Positions 36,936 to 59,740 of a DNA stretch of 64,000 bases are shown one piece after another. The stretch's first letter is position 1. Each line of letters starts with the position of its first letter. The DNA is taken from assembly GCF_009914755.1 (NCBI RefSeq), contig NC_060928.1; one strand, given 5' to 3'. The DNA comes from the human T2T-CHM13v2.0 reference genome, Homo sapiens. The notes below the pieces were generated by a model. The model was not told where the DNA came from. It did no database searches and saw only the letters and a list, made by a program, of their open reading frames with translations. A program made the translations under genes and the position numbers.

Positions 36936-37949
36936 CTGTAAGTATTAACAGTGATCTCAAAAACTTCCATTTAAGGAGAGAGATTCTTAGTTTAAAGAGG
37001 CAAGACAAGTGCAATGCTGCAGTGTTTACCTAGAAAGTGCTTTTATATGCACTCAGTCATTGCTCTCCAGGTATCAGAAGTTTCCAAAGACAAGTACAAT
37101 GAAATGGCTGAAAGCAGTGGTATTGTAATCCTTTTCTCAATGTACTTTAGGAATATATAGAAAGATAATAAAATTCAGGAGTATGTGAAAAGTACATAAA
37201 TTTGTTCCACATTTTCTCTTTCGAGGTAGAGTAAGGTTACCTTAAAAAATCTTATCAAAACTGAAAAATGCCGTTTGGCAGGCTTTAGGGAGGACTCATC
37301 TCCCCTACCTCTCATGGTTTAACCCCAGAAACCACTCCAAATAAATACGTCACTAGAATAAATAATGGTGCACTTGCTATGCAAACCCAGTTTTAAGACA
37401 AGTCCCCTAAGCTAGATGTTCATAATGCCAAAAAAAAAAAAAAGAGATAGAAAACATACACCCATACTAACAAACATCCATACAATGAGAGACTATTCAA
37501 TATCAATTAAGCAATTAAGGCAGTTAGAGCTATATACTGGCATGGAAAAATATCCATGATACAAACAAGAGGGGGTGGAAGGAGGAGGAAAATGAGCCAT
37601 AGAATAGTACTGTTGTCTGATTCCATTTATATATTTATTTAGCATATACATTTAAAAGTCTGGAAAAAATACACCTCAAATTATTAACCTGGTGAAAGAG
37701 AGGTGAGCAGACAAAAGATGGATTTTCATTTTCTCAGTATGTCTGAGTTTATTGTTTTTTACAATGATCCTGGTAATTAAGAAATATCAAAATACTTTTT
37801 TCATTTAAAAATAACAATTGGTACAAAAACCAAAAAAATAAAATAAATAAAGCCAGTAACAGGTAATTTGACAACTTTAAAAAGGAATCCATTTGCAAAA
37901 TATAAAACTTGTGGAAGAATATGCCTCACCAGATGAAAATCTTTTTATT

Positions 37950-40351
<2,402 letters not shown>

Positions 40352-40853
40352 TAGAAATGGGGGTCTCCTGGGTGGCTTAGGCTGGTCTTGAACTCCTGTC
40401 CTCAAGTGATCATCCTGCCTTGGCCTCCCAAAGTGTAGGGGTTACAGGTATGAGCCACCACACTAGGCCCAATACTTCTCTTAGTATTAAATTATTCCTA
40501 TATATTTAAGTCATATTTGGTACTTTGAATTTTTAAATATATGACTACATTTTATATATTTATTACTATTTTGAAAAATAATTTTTGCAACTATACTCAT
40601 TATAGTTTACTATTTTGGGACATCATTTTCAGAAATAGAATAATCCTAATTGTATTAAATGTATTACTTTTATAATCAGGGGAAACATTACAAAGAAAGC
40701 CTAAAAATAGTGATAATAAAACTCCAGATACCTACCACTTTTTAAATATTTATTTTTTCTTCAGGTTCTGGGACTCTGATTACAAAATTTTGACAGGTCA
40801 GTTTTCATCCCATTCTACATTTTAGAATATATATTCTATTATACATATACTAC

Positions 40854-40859
<6 letters not shown>

Positions 40860-40896
<37 letters not shown>
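40860..40896 (+). repeat. (TG)n microsatellite
   Basis: Direct read. Confidence 0.95.
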
Positions 40897-40903
<7 letters not shown>

Positions 40904-42249
40904 AATGAAACATTCCTGAAAAACTGCTCCTAAGACAAAAATCTATCTTTCAAATACCACCATTCTCAAATCTCCCTTTGTAAAATCAAACCATGTTTCC
41001 AGTATTAGTGGCTTTTCTCTCTTCCTGCAATTCTCTTCCCCTAGATATTTATATTGCCCCACCCCTCACCTCATTTAGCTCTAAACTAAAATGTCACCAC
41101 TTTGGTGAAGCCTTCCTTGGCTGCCCTAATTGAAGTACTCCCTACTAACTTCTCTATCCAGCTCCAGTCCTGAATTATTTTTCATAACATTTCTGAAATA
41201 TTTATCCCCAGTGCCTAGAAAAGTACTTCATAGATAGTTAAGTGGTGAATTAATATTAGTCAAAGGAAAAAATGAATGAAAATAAGTGGCCACTTACGTA
41301 GCATAAACAAAAAACTCCCCAGAATAGTTTGCCCTACTCTGGGGCCACACTACCTGACATGCTCATTAAGGATATAGTCTTCTTCTGACTTCCTTTATAA
41401 AATGTGATCACCCTATAAGACTACCACATAAATCACTAGTCAATAATAATTTGGTAAAGTCATTTCATTTATGAGATTCTTTCTTCCACGATAATAAGTT
41501 CTCCTGGCCGTGAACACTGAAGTTCCATGTAAAGGAAGAAAAATATAAGGAGTATTCCAGAAACAAACTGTTGTCCTCATTTTCCCCATATTAATGATAC
41601 CTTTTAATCCACACAAGGTAAAGATATTCTGCCTATTGTTTTTGGTGGCTCCCCTCATAAGGTTAAAACAGAGCAAAACTATATGGCAGGAGAAAGCATT
41701 TGAGGAAAAAGCAGTATTTGGTCTGGGTAATCTAGGAGGGGATGGCAGTTCCCCAATCCCTAATGTCTTCGGTGAGTCATTCCTGGAGGTGATCATACAG
41801 AAAGTGAATCTTGAGGGAAGAAATAAGACATTGACGATGGGAAGAAAGTATGTTCTGCAGCTGTGGCTTCTCTTAATGGACTTTGTACCTGTTTTGGATT
41901 TGAATACAAAAGAAACACTTAAGAGTTTTTGAGTCCACTGAGAAAAGAAAAAGAAGACCTTCACTTTATCCTATTCCCAGTGAATTTGCCCATAGCTGAT
42001 CCGGATCTTAGAAAAATGAGCAGACACCAAGGAGCAAAAAAAAAAGAATCCAGACTACAGAACGCACAGACTGATGTCCTAACTTGTTTCTCAAACATGC
42101 CATTATACCGTTATACTGGTAGGAAGCACGAGTAATGCAGCATCTTTCAAAGAAAATAGAGAAAACAGATTTTTTTTTAATATAGAAAACTCTCCATTTT
42201 CCCACCTCAGCTCTGAACAAATATTGTCCATTATTATGACGGCTATTGA

Positions 42250-42518
<269 letters not shown>

Positions 42519-43246
42519 TGATCCGCCCACCTGGGCCTCCCAAAGTGCTGGGATTACAGGCGTGAGCCACCGCGACTGGCCCCAATATTCACTCTTTACT
42601 GAATGCTAAGAACAGAAGCCAGGACCTAGAAGCCCCGGTATTTCTACTACTGTTATTTTTTTATTCTCATCTAATTCTTCAATGTTATCAATAACAAAAT
42701 AACCAAATATGCTAATGATTCAAAATCCTACACGCATAAAATTTCAAAATCTGAATTCATTTTCTGACTTACTAATTATCTAAATTCGTGTTTAAATGAG
42801 ATTAAAATACAATGGATCTCCACACCGATTTAGATATAAAATAATCAAGAAACAAAGATAATAAGTAAAGCACATACAAAATTCTAACTTAGAATGAATC
42901 TAATTTAGGTATTTGGGCATAGTATATACCTACAGTATAATCCAAGACAATGGGTTTTATGAGGGATTTAAATTTAACTCTCAACTAATACTATAGTGTT
43001 CTTTCCATTCCTTTCCTCCCTCCAAGTTCATTCTAATATATGTATGTTCCAACAATTCACGTAAGCCCTGCAATACCTTCCTTGACCTTCTATTACCTAA
43101 ATTATATAAGGATACACGACATGTACATGTATAATTTCATGCTTTGTACATTTTTACTCTCAAATATGTTTCCTATTAATTTCAAAATTAGTTCATGCAC
43201 AAATTTCTATGAAGAAAATAGAAATGTAATTCATTGAATGCCTAAC

Positions 43247-43318
43247 CTCTTGATTTTCTACTCCATTGCTGGAAAGCTCCAAAATAGTACCTCCACTGTC
43301 AACCACTGCTGATGTCAT
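43247..43318 (-). CDS. ELF2: ELF2 first coding segment (aa 1-24, MTSAVVDSGGTILELSSNGVENQE)
   Basis: Reverse complement reads acaATGACATCAGCAGTGGTTGAC...AATCAAGAG|gttagg: 72 nt, phase-0 donor. The peptide matches the recalled N-terminus of ELF2/NERF-2 and joins in frame to the 30796-30961 exon. Confidence 0.96.
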
Positions 43319-43484
43319 TGTTATTCCCTGAGGAAGCTTCAAACGCTATTAATCAATGAAATTAAAGGTTCACTGATGGTTGCCAGTGTTATAGGTTTGC
43401 ATTATCATGTTTTAAAAGTCAATAGAGATGGAGTGGAGTAGATATCCAGAAATCCAGTCTTCTAAAGATGATTAACCAGAAAGC
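43247..43484 (-). other. ELF2: ELF2 start-codon exon, 238 nt (166 nt 5'UTR + 72 nt CDS)
   Basis: Acceptor ttcttcctctttttag|GCTTTC (AG at 43486-43485); donor GAG|gttagg (GT at 43246-43245). Confidence 0.9.
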
Positions 43485-43816
43485 CTAAAAAGAGGAAGAA
43501 TTTGAAAAGTTATTTTAAAAATTACAGGAAGGACATAAATAAAGCATAACTTATTGTGCAATCTAATTTTAACACTTAACTAAGAAAAAGAAGACAGGCT
43601 TAACATCCCCGTGTCAAAAGAGGGCAGTAATGAACATTCTGCTTCTTAAGAGTTAGTAATCAAGTTCATGAACATACTGAATTAAGTTCTTAACAAGCAA
43701 TTGTACATAGGTAGTATTATGATATTCATATTCTAGGAGATAAATATAACTGTGCCAGGTGCGGTGGCTCACGCCTGTATATTCCAGCACTTTGGGAGGC
43801 CGAGGCAGGCGGATCA

Positions 43817-44047
<231 letters not shown>

Positions 44048-44415
44048 TTATAACTTTCTCCCTTTATAAAGATGCTGTTTTATTCCTGAAATATGTTAGT
44101 TTCTATAAATGTTAAAGATCTCTTATTCATTTAATATATAAAATGTGCCAGACTGAGAAAACTTTTAAAACTATTTGCCTATTTAACAAATCAAAAGATT
44201 ATTGATCCTTAAATATTTCATTCTTCTTCTTTGCCTCATCTGGTTTGTCTGAACAATCAGAACTGTCTTTTGCTTATGGCAGCAATCTCATTTTGTATTC
44301 ACACTTTGAATACACGAACTGTATGTAAGAGAGATTTATTTGAATTGCTTATATTTTCAAATAAAGTAGTTTAAAAATAAAGTAGTTACCACTTGGAATG
44401 CCTTCAATATTATTT

Positions 44416-44484
44416 TATCATACTTTCCTCAATTTTTTGATATTAGTTCTATCATACTTTCCTCAATTGTTTTGATATTAGTTC
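44416..44484 (+). repeat. Two-copy 34/35-bp tandem duplication
   Basis: tatcatactttcctcaatt(g)ttttgatattagttc x2. Confidence 0.9.
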
Positions 44485-45029
44485 AAGATGCAATATAGCA
44501 AATGGTTTCAAGTAATTTCTTAACCTCTCACATTTTTTCCCCTTCCTATATGATCTGAATTTATGAATTAAATTACTCCTAAAAAATTATTTTGATTTCA
44601 TGTATACAAAAATTTTCATACAGAGGAAGTACAGAGATTTATTACTAACAGAATTTTTTCATGTCAAAAAGAATGCAGAAAAATCAAGCATATCTGAAGA
44701 GAAAGTATATAGTTCCCATAAATCATTCCATTAATATTATGCCCTTGTATTATGTTTGCCTGCTGGCAATATACAGATATGGAAATAAAATAATAAAGAA
44801 TTTCCAGAAACTTCTAGAATAGAATGAAATACCTGAAAAAAAGCAGAAATTTCATCTTACTGATCAGTACTATTAGCCTCCCTTTTGATCTTATAAACAT
44901 AAAATGGAACAGAAAGTCTTTGTATCTTAAGAAGAAAAAATAATAAAATTCCACAGTCCCATCATACTATCACCATATAAGGTACTATTCCCAATATATA
45001 TAATAATAGCAGAAATAAATTTTACTTAC

Positions 45030-45114
45030 AGTTTGTATGTTAAGTAGTCTAAGCATCCTTCACTATTTTCACAACTTGGGAAGAGCTAAAATCTGAACCA
45101 GTAGTTCTTTGGAA
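45030..45114 (-). other. ELF2: ELF2 non-coding 5'UTR exon, 85 nt
   Basis: Acceptor tatcttttttcccctcccgctggcag|TTCC and donor ACT|gtaagt, in unique sequence 1.5 kb upstream of the ATG exon. The size agrees with my recollection of the ELF2 exon structure. Confidence 0.82.
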
Positions 45115-45938
45115 CTGCCAGCGGGAGGGGAAAAAAGATAATATTAATATAATTATATTAAAAAGCACTATGCTCAAACAGATGTGATTGAGATAGTAAA
45201 TACTTAATAAAACAAATCACTTCCAAAGCCATATGTCGCACATTCACATAAGGAATATAATAAATTATTTCTAGGTTTTTGAGAAATCAGAAGTTTTTAT
45301 CAAACTTAAAATTTTAATTCACCACTACATAACAAATATTGAGTGAGGACAGAATCAACGTATGAAGCCTATGCTCCATATTATGGGCTGCATTTCAAAC
45401 AGGTTCTTTTTTTTTTCTCCATTGGGCAAGTTCTAATAACAGGTTCTTAGTAAGTGGCTACAGGTATAACCCCTGCTCCCCAGGAGTATAAAATCAAGTT
45501 TGAAAAATAGGACTAGCCCAAAAAACTACTATAAAACAATGTTTAAGGAAAAAAAATTTTTTAGAGTTGGGGTCTCACTCTTGTCACCAAGGCTGGATCG
45601 CAGTGGTGAGATCACGGCTCACTGCAGCCTCAAATTCCTGGGCTCAAGCTATCCTTCTGCCTCAACCTCCTGAGGAGCTGGGACTATAGGCATATGCCAC
45701 CATGCTCAGGTCAGTATTTCTTACTTTTTACTTTTATTTTTAAATATAAGATATTGCTATGTTACCCAGTCTGATCTTGAACTCCTGGCCTCAGGTGATT
45801 CTGCCACCTCAGCCTCCTGAGTCACTATTAGACATGTTCCTGCTATGTCACCCCACCAACTTAGCATCAGCACCCATCCAAACATCCCAAGCCCTACTTC
45901 TAACTCCCAAGCCTCCTCAAATAGTCCGCCTTCTTTCA

Positions 45939-46337
<399 letters not shown>

Positions 46338-47559
46338 TCAAGCCTGGGTGACAGAGCAAGACCCTGTCTCAAAAAAAAAAAAAAAGGAAAAGTCCTCTTC
46401 CATTATCCTGCATACCCTTCCAGCTACTGCTCCAGTTCCTTCCTTTCTCAGGTAAGTTTCTAGATAAGAAATCTTTTATATTTTATACTCTTGTCTCCAC
46501 TTTCTAATTTCTCAAGCACTCCTCCTTCTATCAAAGTTTGGCATCCATCCCCACTCAACTGAAACTTTTACTAAATTCTGCTTGTAGAATCCAATGGATA
46601 CATTTCTGTCTTCATAGGACTTGCTGCCTCTGAAGCATCTGACACTGTTAATCACTCCCTTCTTGAAACTCTACCTTGAATTTATCTTTTCCCTCTCTGG
46701 CTACTCCCTTTCAATTCCCCCTTGCAGGCTCAACCCTCATTTTCAAGGGGCCTGGGACAAGAATACAAATGGAAGCCTACATACCATGTGTCTAAATATT
46801 TTTAAAAGTTCTAAATCAAGCTGTTAAATTATTATTCCATCCTTCTATCTTGACTAATAATAACCTGAAAGGCCAAGTTCTATTTTTGAGTTCTCAGGTT
46901 CCCTTCATGTTACGTAGGGACATAGGAAGGAAAATCCATACCCCTTCCCCTTGTCTGCAGCCAACTCCTTTTCTCTTCCCACTTTTAGCTCCACTTTATA
47001 CGAAGGACTTCATATGCACACATATATAAAGCCTACAGGTCCAAGCTCTGGTCACATGACTGCAAACAGCTGCTCCTTGGCCATCCCTTAAACACAGGGG
47101 ATCCCATATGTGTTGTACAGTCAAGAGAGGAAAGAATCAGAGAAGACAGTTGTGAAGGGACACATGGGCAGGAAATTCTAGGATCAAATATTCAAAGACT
47201 GATCTAGAAAGAGACCAGGTAGACTAGTCTAGTCACCTTGGCCCCCCACAAAGTCTTCACTCTATGGGTAGGGTTGTAGCTGCTGGAGGAAGGCCATATG
47301 AGGACCTTTAAAGCACAGGTCTTTTGTTGCCAGTTGGTGAAGTCTTAGGACAGTGCTGCTCTCTGGTCAACCCTTACAGGCGGGTGTTTCCAGGATCCCA
47401 TCCCTAGTCCTTTTCTCTTCAGATTCTTTACACTCTTTCTAAGCTATGAAATCTACTCCTACAGCTTCACTCAACTCTCTCTTCCAGATTTGTCTACTAG
47501 ATGTTTTATTGCCTCTACTTCATTGAAATTAGATAAGGTATACATAAATACTAAGCACT

Positions 47560-48605
47560 GATGCCAGGATAACCCAAGCACTCCATTCATTAATTCAATC
47601 ACACAAACACTAAATGAGCACTATTATATGATAGCACAATTTTAGGTGCCCGGGTCCAGTAGTGAATAAAGGCAAAGTCCCTGTTTTTATGGATCTTACA
47701 CTGCAGAGGAGAGAGAAAAAAATAAAATAGTACACCATACCTGTAGATGGTGATGAAGGCTAAGGAGTTAAATTAACCAAAGAGATAGGGATTATTTGGC
47801 AGGGAGAGCTGCCAATTCAGATTGAGTGGTCAGATAAGGACTCACTAAAAAAGTGACATATGAGTAAAAACCCAAAAGTAGAAGTGAGTTGTGGCAATGC
47901 CTGGCACAAGAGCCTTCTAGTCAAAAGAAATTCAACACCCTCAAGAGGATGTATGCCTGACTAGTTAAAGGACCGGCAAGGGGACCCAATACAGCTGAAG
48001 TGAAGTGAGCAAGAGGAAGAAAGAATAGTTGAAGAGGACAGAAAGGTAAGGGAAGGGAGCCAAGTAGGTCCCCTGTAAGGACTTTGACTTCAGAGAGAAG
48101 AAAGGTTTTACACAAAAAGATGATCTGATTATTATAAGGATCATTCAGATGCTGGGTTGAGAACAGACAAGGGGACAACAGCAGAAACGGGGGTCAGTTA
48201 GCAGGCTGCAATAATATATGTTGTGCAAAAGTAATTGCAGTTTTGCCATTACTTTTAATGTAATGCAAACTACTTTTGCACAAACCCATAATGAGATGAG
48301 AAGTGATACAGGCTGGGACCAGAGTGGTAGTTCTGGAGGTAGTGAAAAAGTGATCATAGCCAAGCATGATGGCACACCCCTTTGTCCCAGCTACTCGGGA
48401 CGCTGGGCAGGTTGAAGCTGCAGTGATCCAAGATCTCTCTACTGCACTCCAGTTTGGGCGACAGAGTGAGACCTTGTCTCAAAAAAAAAAAAAAGTGATC
48501 AATCTTTAGATGTATTTTGCAGATAAAAGGATGACATTTGCAAGCAAAATTGATGTGGATTGACTGCTATGAGAGAAAGAAAGAAGTCAAGAATGAATCC
48601 AGGCT
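47560..48605. mobile_element. L2 remnant (other L2/MIR remnants near 4950-5880, 6360-6690, 10900-11020, 13810-13960, 41000-41280)
   Basis: cattcattaattcaa...aatgagcact...caaagtccctg...atggatcttacact motifs; heavily diverged, boundaries approximate. Confidence 0.55.
48216..48291. mobile_element. MADE1 (Hsmar1 MITE) inserted in an L2 remnant
   Basis: gtgcaaaagtaattgcagttttgccattacttttaatg...tacttttgcac. Confidence 0.88.
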
Positions 48606-49550
48606 GGAGGATTCTCAGATGATGGAGTAGGATGCACCAGGAATCTGTATCCCTATCTAGACAATTGCACTGGCAGAATCTACCTAATGTAACTATTTTG
48701 GAACCCTGGCTAAAGGCTTACAACCTCCAAGGGAAGGCTTGAACAATAAACTGTGGTTAATTTCGGTCATTCTAGCTCTCAGCACAGTATCAGCTACCAC
48801 CCATCCCCCAACTCGAGGGTAGACAGCTGTGCATGTGTTCCTGGAACAGTCTGCATGCAACTTGTGAGGGCCATGGTAAGCAAAAAGGACTATTTTCCAA
48901 ATATCAGAGATCTGTGCTCTGATCACTGATTATTGCTTCTGATCACAGAGGAGCACACAAAGAAATGAGTAGATATTATTGTTATGCCTCCCTTCACTGT
49001 TGCAAGCTTCTCCCCCTCTGGCTGAAGTCACTTCTAGGGGACTTAAAAGGCCAGCAAACCCCATTTTACTCTTTTTCCCCTTTTGAGAGCCACACATTAA
49101 AGACCAGGACATTTGGCTGGGCACAGTGGCTCACATCTGTAATCCCTGCACTTTGGGAGGCCAAGGTGGGCCAAGATCACTTGAGGTTAGGAGTTCAAGG
49201 CCAGCCTGGCCAACACAGTGAAACCCCGTCTCTACTAAAAATACAAAAAATAGCCCAGCGTGGTGGCAGGCGCCTGTAATCCCAGTTACTCGGGAGGCTG
49301 AGGCAGGAGCTCGAGCTCGGGAGGCGGAGGTTGCAGTGAGCCAAGATCGAGCCACTGCAATCCAGCCCGGGCAACAGAGCAAGACTCTGCCTCAAAATAA
49401 AAAATAAACTAAAATAAAGACTAGAACATTCAAAAACTATATATATGAAAAAATGTGGAAAGTGACCACACATGCCCAGGCTCAGAAAAGACCTGAGAAG
49501 ACCTTAAATACACCTTAGCCTGATCCTTGCCACAAAATCAGCCTACAAAA
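48605..49550 (+). mobile_element. Ancient L1M 5'-end fragment interrupted by an Alu (49115-49410)
   Basis: Resembles L1M 5'UTR consensus sequences (gatggagtaggatgcaccaggaatctg...aactattttggaac); subfamily uncertain. Confidence 0.55.
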
Positions 49551-49584
49551 ATTTAAATTTTAATTAAAAAAAAAATTCCCACCC

Positions 49585-52500
49585 TCCTCAAGATGGCAGA
49601 TTGGAGGTAGTATTGGCATGCCTCTTCCACTTGGAAAGAAAAAATAGTGGGTAAAGACTCAAACTGTGAACTTTTTTCAAAGAAGCAATGCAGGAACTTA
49701 ATGGAAAAACGGAAACCACAGATCCTTTGAAAGAAGGGGCAGGCTGCAGTCTACACCATGAGCCAGGTAAAAAACTGTAAGTCCCCAGAGTGTGAGAGGG
49801 AGAGAGATTACCTCCAGAGTATACACCCCCACTATGAAAACTAGAAATCCGGCCCACAGAGGAAGGCCTTAACCCCACCCAGTGCTAAAACTAATATAGG
49901 GAGCAGTGGAGAATATACAAGAAGCACCAGGGGCGGGAAGAGCCTTGTGCGTATTCCCGGTCTCCAACGCAAACCAAGGGAAGCTATTCCTGATTCTGTG
50001 TCACAGGAGAGTTCACAAAGTTCTGCCAACCAACTGAGGCAGTGGTTGCAGGTTGAAAGAAGCTCCCAATTTGAAATTCAAAATATAATCTCAAGTGGGG
50101 ATGAACTGCCTTGGCTGAACTGGGCGGATGACTGGGAAGTAAGCTGTAACCACAGACACAGAAGTTGGGTGCTCTGGCATTGCCAGTGGATGAAAAGGGG
50201 CGTGGCCTGAAAGCTGAGGTTCCTGTATGTAAACAGCTTGGAATTTAGCTAGCTGCTGCTAGTGAACACTCTGAGTGAGAGACTTGCCTTGCCAAGTGTG
50301 TAGGAGCTGGATGAGACTTACTCCCACCTGCTACTCCCCACTCCCTGCATGAACTCTTCTGTGAAGCAGAGGCAGCTAAGCTTTTTCCTGGAACATTACC
50401 CCAGTGGCCAGGGAATGGCTCCAAAAGCCCAACATGGATCTGTGCTTACACCACACATGCAGAGCCAAAGAGCAGGCCTGCCTGACCAAGCCCCCCACCT
50501 GGCTTTGACCCTCCACCTGCCCTGGTAGGTTAACACAAAAGACAGAAACTTTGGGGAGCCCTATGGCCTCACCCATCATCTGATAAACCAAAATACCTCC
50601 CATGGGTAACATAAGACAAGCACATATCCCACCACTTCAACCACAGCTGGCACTCTTTTGCAAGCACCACCTCCTGGCTGGAGGCCAACAGACACAGTTT
50701 ACTACAGCAACTACAGGTAAAATAACATTGCACCCAAGAAGAAAAAAACTTATGCATGACCCAGTTATCAGCACTGTCTGCAGTACCCTGGCTAACCAGG
50801 ATGTCCTGAGTCTGTCCACATGACCAGTTTATTAATACTACAACCAGCATTTAAGAAAGCCAACGCACTACGGCTATTTACAACCAAGGAATCTCACAAC
50901 GTATGTCATTCCCCTGTTACCCCTATGAGAGCTGGTGCTGGTACACATTGCTGGGAGACTTGAGGACAGATAACATCACTGGATCCCTTGCAGACATTCC
51001 CCAGAATCAGCCTGGAATGTGGTAACCCCACTGGGCAGCTAGACCCAGAGGAGCAGCAGTACTCACAGTAGTCTGGCTCTCAGGGACTCCTACTCCTAGG
51101 GCAAGGGGGACAGCACCACATCAAGGAAGCAACCTGTTCTTCTTCATTCTATGAAGTCAGTATCACCCTGATACCAAAGCCAGGAAAGGATGTAACAAAA
51201 AGAAAGAAAACTACAGACCAATATCCCTGATGAACATAGATGTAAAAATCCTCAACAAAATACTAGCTAACCAAATCAAATGGCACATCAAAAAGATAAT
51301 ACACCATGATCAAGTGGGTTTAATCCCAGGAATGCAGGGATGGTTTAACATATGCAAGTCAACAAATGTGATATATCACATAAACAATTAAAAACAAAAA
51401 CCACATGATTGTTTCAATAGATGCAGAAAAAACATTCAATAAAATCAAGTATCCCTTTATGATAAAAACACCCAAAAAACAAGGCACAGAAGGGAATTAT
51501 CTCAAAATAATAAAAGTCATATACGACAAAGCATACTGAATGGGAAAAAGTTGCAAGCATTCCCCCTGAGAACTGGAATAAGACAAGGATGCTCACTTTA
51601 ATCACTTCTTTTCAACATAGTACTTTAAGTCCTGGCCAGAGCAATCAGGCATGAGAAAGAAATAAAGGGCATCCAAATTGGAAAACAGGAAGTCAAACTA
51701 TCGCTGTTTGCTGATGATATGATCGTATACCTACAAAATGCTGAAGATTCCTCCAAAGACTATTAGATTTGATAAGTGAATTTAGTAAAATCTTAGGTTA
51801 CAAAGTCAATGAACACAAATCCAGTAGCACTGCTATACAACAACGACCAAGCTGAGAATCAAATTAAGAACTCAATCCATTTTATAACAGCTGCAAAAAT
51901 ATATATAAAATACCTAGGAATATACTTAACCAAGGGGGTGAAAGATCTCTACAAGAAGAACTACAAACACTGATGAAAGAAACCATAGATAACACAAACA
52001 AATGGAAACACATCCCATGCTCATGGATTGGAAGAATCAATATCATGAAAATGACCATACCATCTAAAGCAATCTACAGATTCAATACAAATCTGATCAA
52101 AACAGCAACATCCTTTTTCACAGATTTAGAGAAAGAAAATCCTAAAATTCCTATGAAACCAAAAAAGAGGCTGAATAGCCAAAGCAATCCTAAACAAAAA
52201 CAACAAATCTGAAGGCATCACATTATTGGACTTCAAATTATACCAGGCTATAGTTAACAAAACAGCATGGTACTGGTATAAAAATAGACACATTGACCAA
52301 TGGAACAGATTAAAGAATCCAGAAATAAAACCAAATATCCACAACCAACTCTCTTCAACAAAGCATGAAAAACATAAATTGGGGAAAGGACACCCTATTT
52401 ATTTAATAAATGGTGCTGAGAAAACTGGCTAGCCACAAGTAGAAAAATGAAACTGGATCCCTGTCTCTCATCTTATACAAACATCAACTCAAGATAGATC

Positions 52501-53092
52501 AAAGATTTAAATATAAGACCTAAAACCATAAAAGTCCTAGAAGATAACCTAGAAAAAAATTCTTCTGGACATTGGCCTAGGCAAAGAATTCATGACTAAG
52601 ACCCCAAAAGCAAATGCAACTAAAACAAAAATAAATAAATGGGACCTAATTAAACTAAAAGGCTTCTGTACAGCAAAAAATAATAATCAGCATCATCATC
52701 AGAGTAAAGAGACAACCCACAGAATGGGAGAAAATATTCGCCAACTATGCATCCAACAAAGGACCAACGTCCAGAATCCACAGGGAGCTCAAACAAATCA
52801 GCAAGAAAAAAAATAATCTCATGAAAAAGTGGGAAAATGACATGAACAAACATTTCTCAAAAGAAGATATACAACTGGCCAACACATAAATGAAAAAGTG
52901 CTCAATATCACTAATCATTCAGGGAAATGCAAATTAAAACCACAATGACACACCATCTTACTCCTGCAAGAATGGCCATTATTAAGACAAAAGACAATAG
53001 ATATTGGCATGGACTTGGTGAAAAGGGAACACTTATGCACTGCTAGTGGAAATGTAAATTAGTGCAACCTCTATGCAAAACAGTATGGAGAT
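49585..53092 (+). mobile_element. Old primate L1 (L1PB-like): 5'UTR fused directly to the ORF2 RT/C-terminal region
   Basis: 5'UTR starts caagatggcagattggagg. ORF2 motifs [12 protein letters not shown] (~51207), LFADDM (~51704), WKHIPCSWIGRINI and [17 protein letters not shown], with many frameshifts. ORF1 and the endonuclease domain are absent. Confidence 0.88.
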
Positions 53093-53327
53093 TTTTTTTT
53101 GTTAAGACAGTGTCTCACTCTGTCGCCTAGGCTGGAGAGCAGTGGCGCGATCTCGGCTCACGGCAACCTCCTTCCCCTGGCTTCAAGCCATTCTCTTGCC
53201 TCAGCCTCCCAAGTAGCTGGGATTACAGGCACCTGCCACTGCGCCCAGCTAATTTTTTTTTGTATTTTTAGTAGAGACGGGGTTTCACCATCTTGACCAG
53301 GCTGGTCTTGAACTCCTGACCTCATGA

Positions 53328-57850
<4,523 letters not shown>

Positions 57851-57925
57851 AAAATTAGAATTAAGGAGACATCTGTATTCAAATATTAACAGTATTATCG
57901 TGACACTGAATGAGAAGAATTGTAA

Positions 57926-58114
<189 letters not shown>

Positions 58115-58726
58115 TAGAGATGGGGTCTCCCTATGTTGCCCAGGTTGGTCTTGAACTCCTGGGCCCAAACAATTCTCCTGCCTCAGCCAGCCAAAGTGCT
58201 GGGATTACAGGTGTGAGCCACCAGGCAGAGCCTTGTAATTTACACTTATGTATAGTTTAATTCACAGCTGGTTCCTGCCTACAGGATCAATGAAAAAGCT
58301 CCATTACCCTTAGTCATTTAACTGATGAAATTAAATATTTTTAATAATGAAATCAATGCTTTAAGTACTTCTAATTCACATTTTAGTTGTCCTGTTTCCC
58401 TTTTGAAATTATCAAGTCCAACAGGAATTTTATATATATATATATAGTTGTAATATTAATATAAATACAGCATCAATAACAATAGTCTCATACTTTTTTT
58501 TTTTTTTTTTTTTTTTGAGACAGAGTCTTGGTCTGTCGCCCAGGCTGAAGTGCAGTGGTGCAATCTCTGCTCACTGCCATTCTCCTGCCTCAAAAGTCTC
58601 ATACATTTTTGTAGTTATTGAAACAAGCAGTTTTGTGCATTCTTTCCATCCTTACAACAGCCCTGTAAAATAGGCATAATTATCCCCTTTATTACATAAA
58701 GACTATTTTGACAATACTCTATATAC

Positions 58727-59740
<1,014 letters not shown>

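Noticed and set aside
51145-53092. Active L1 reverse transcriptase
   Set aside because: Multiple frameshifts and stops; no ORF1 or endonuclease domain.
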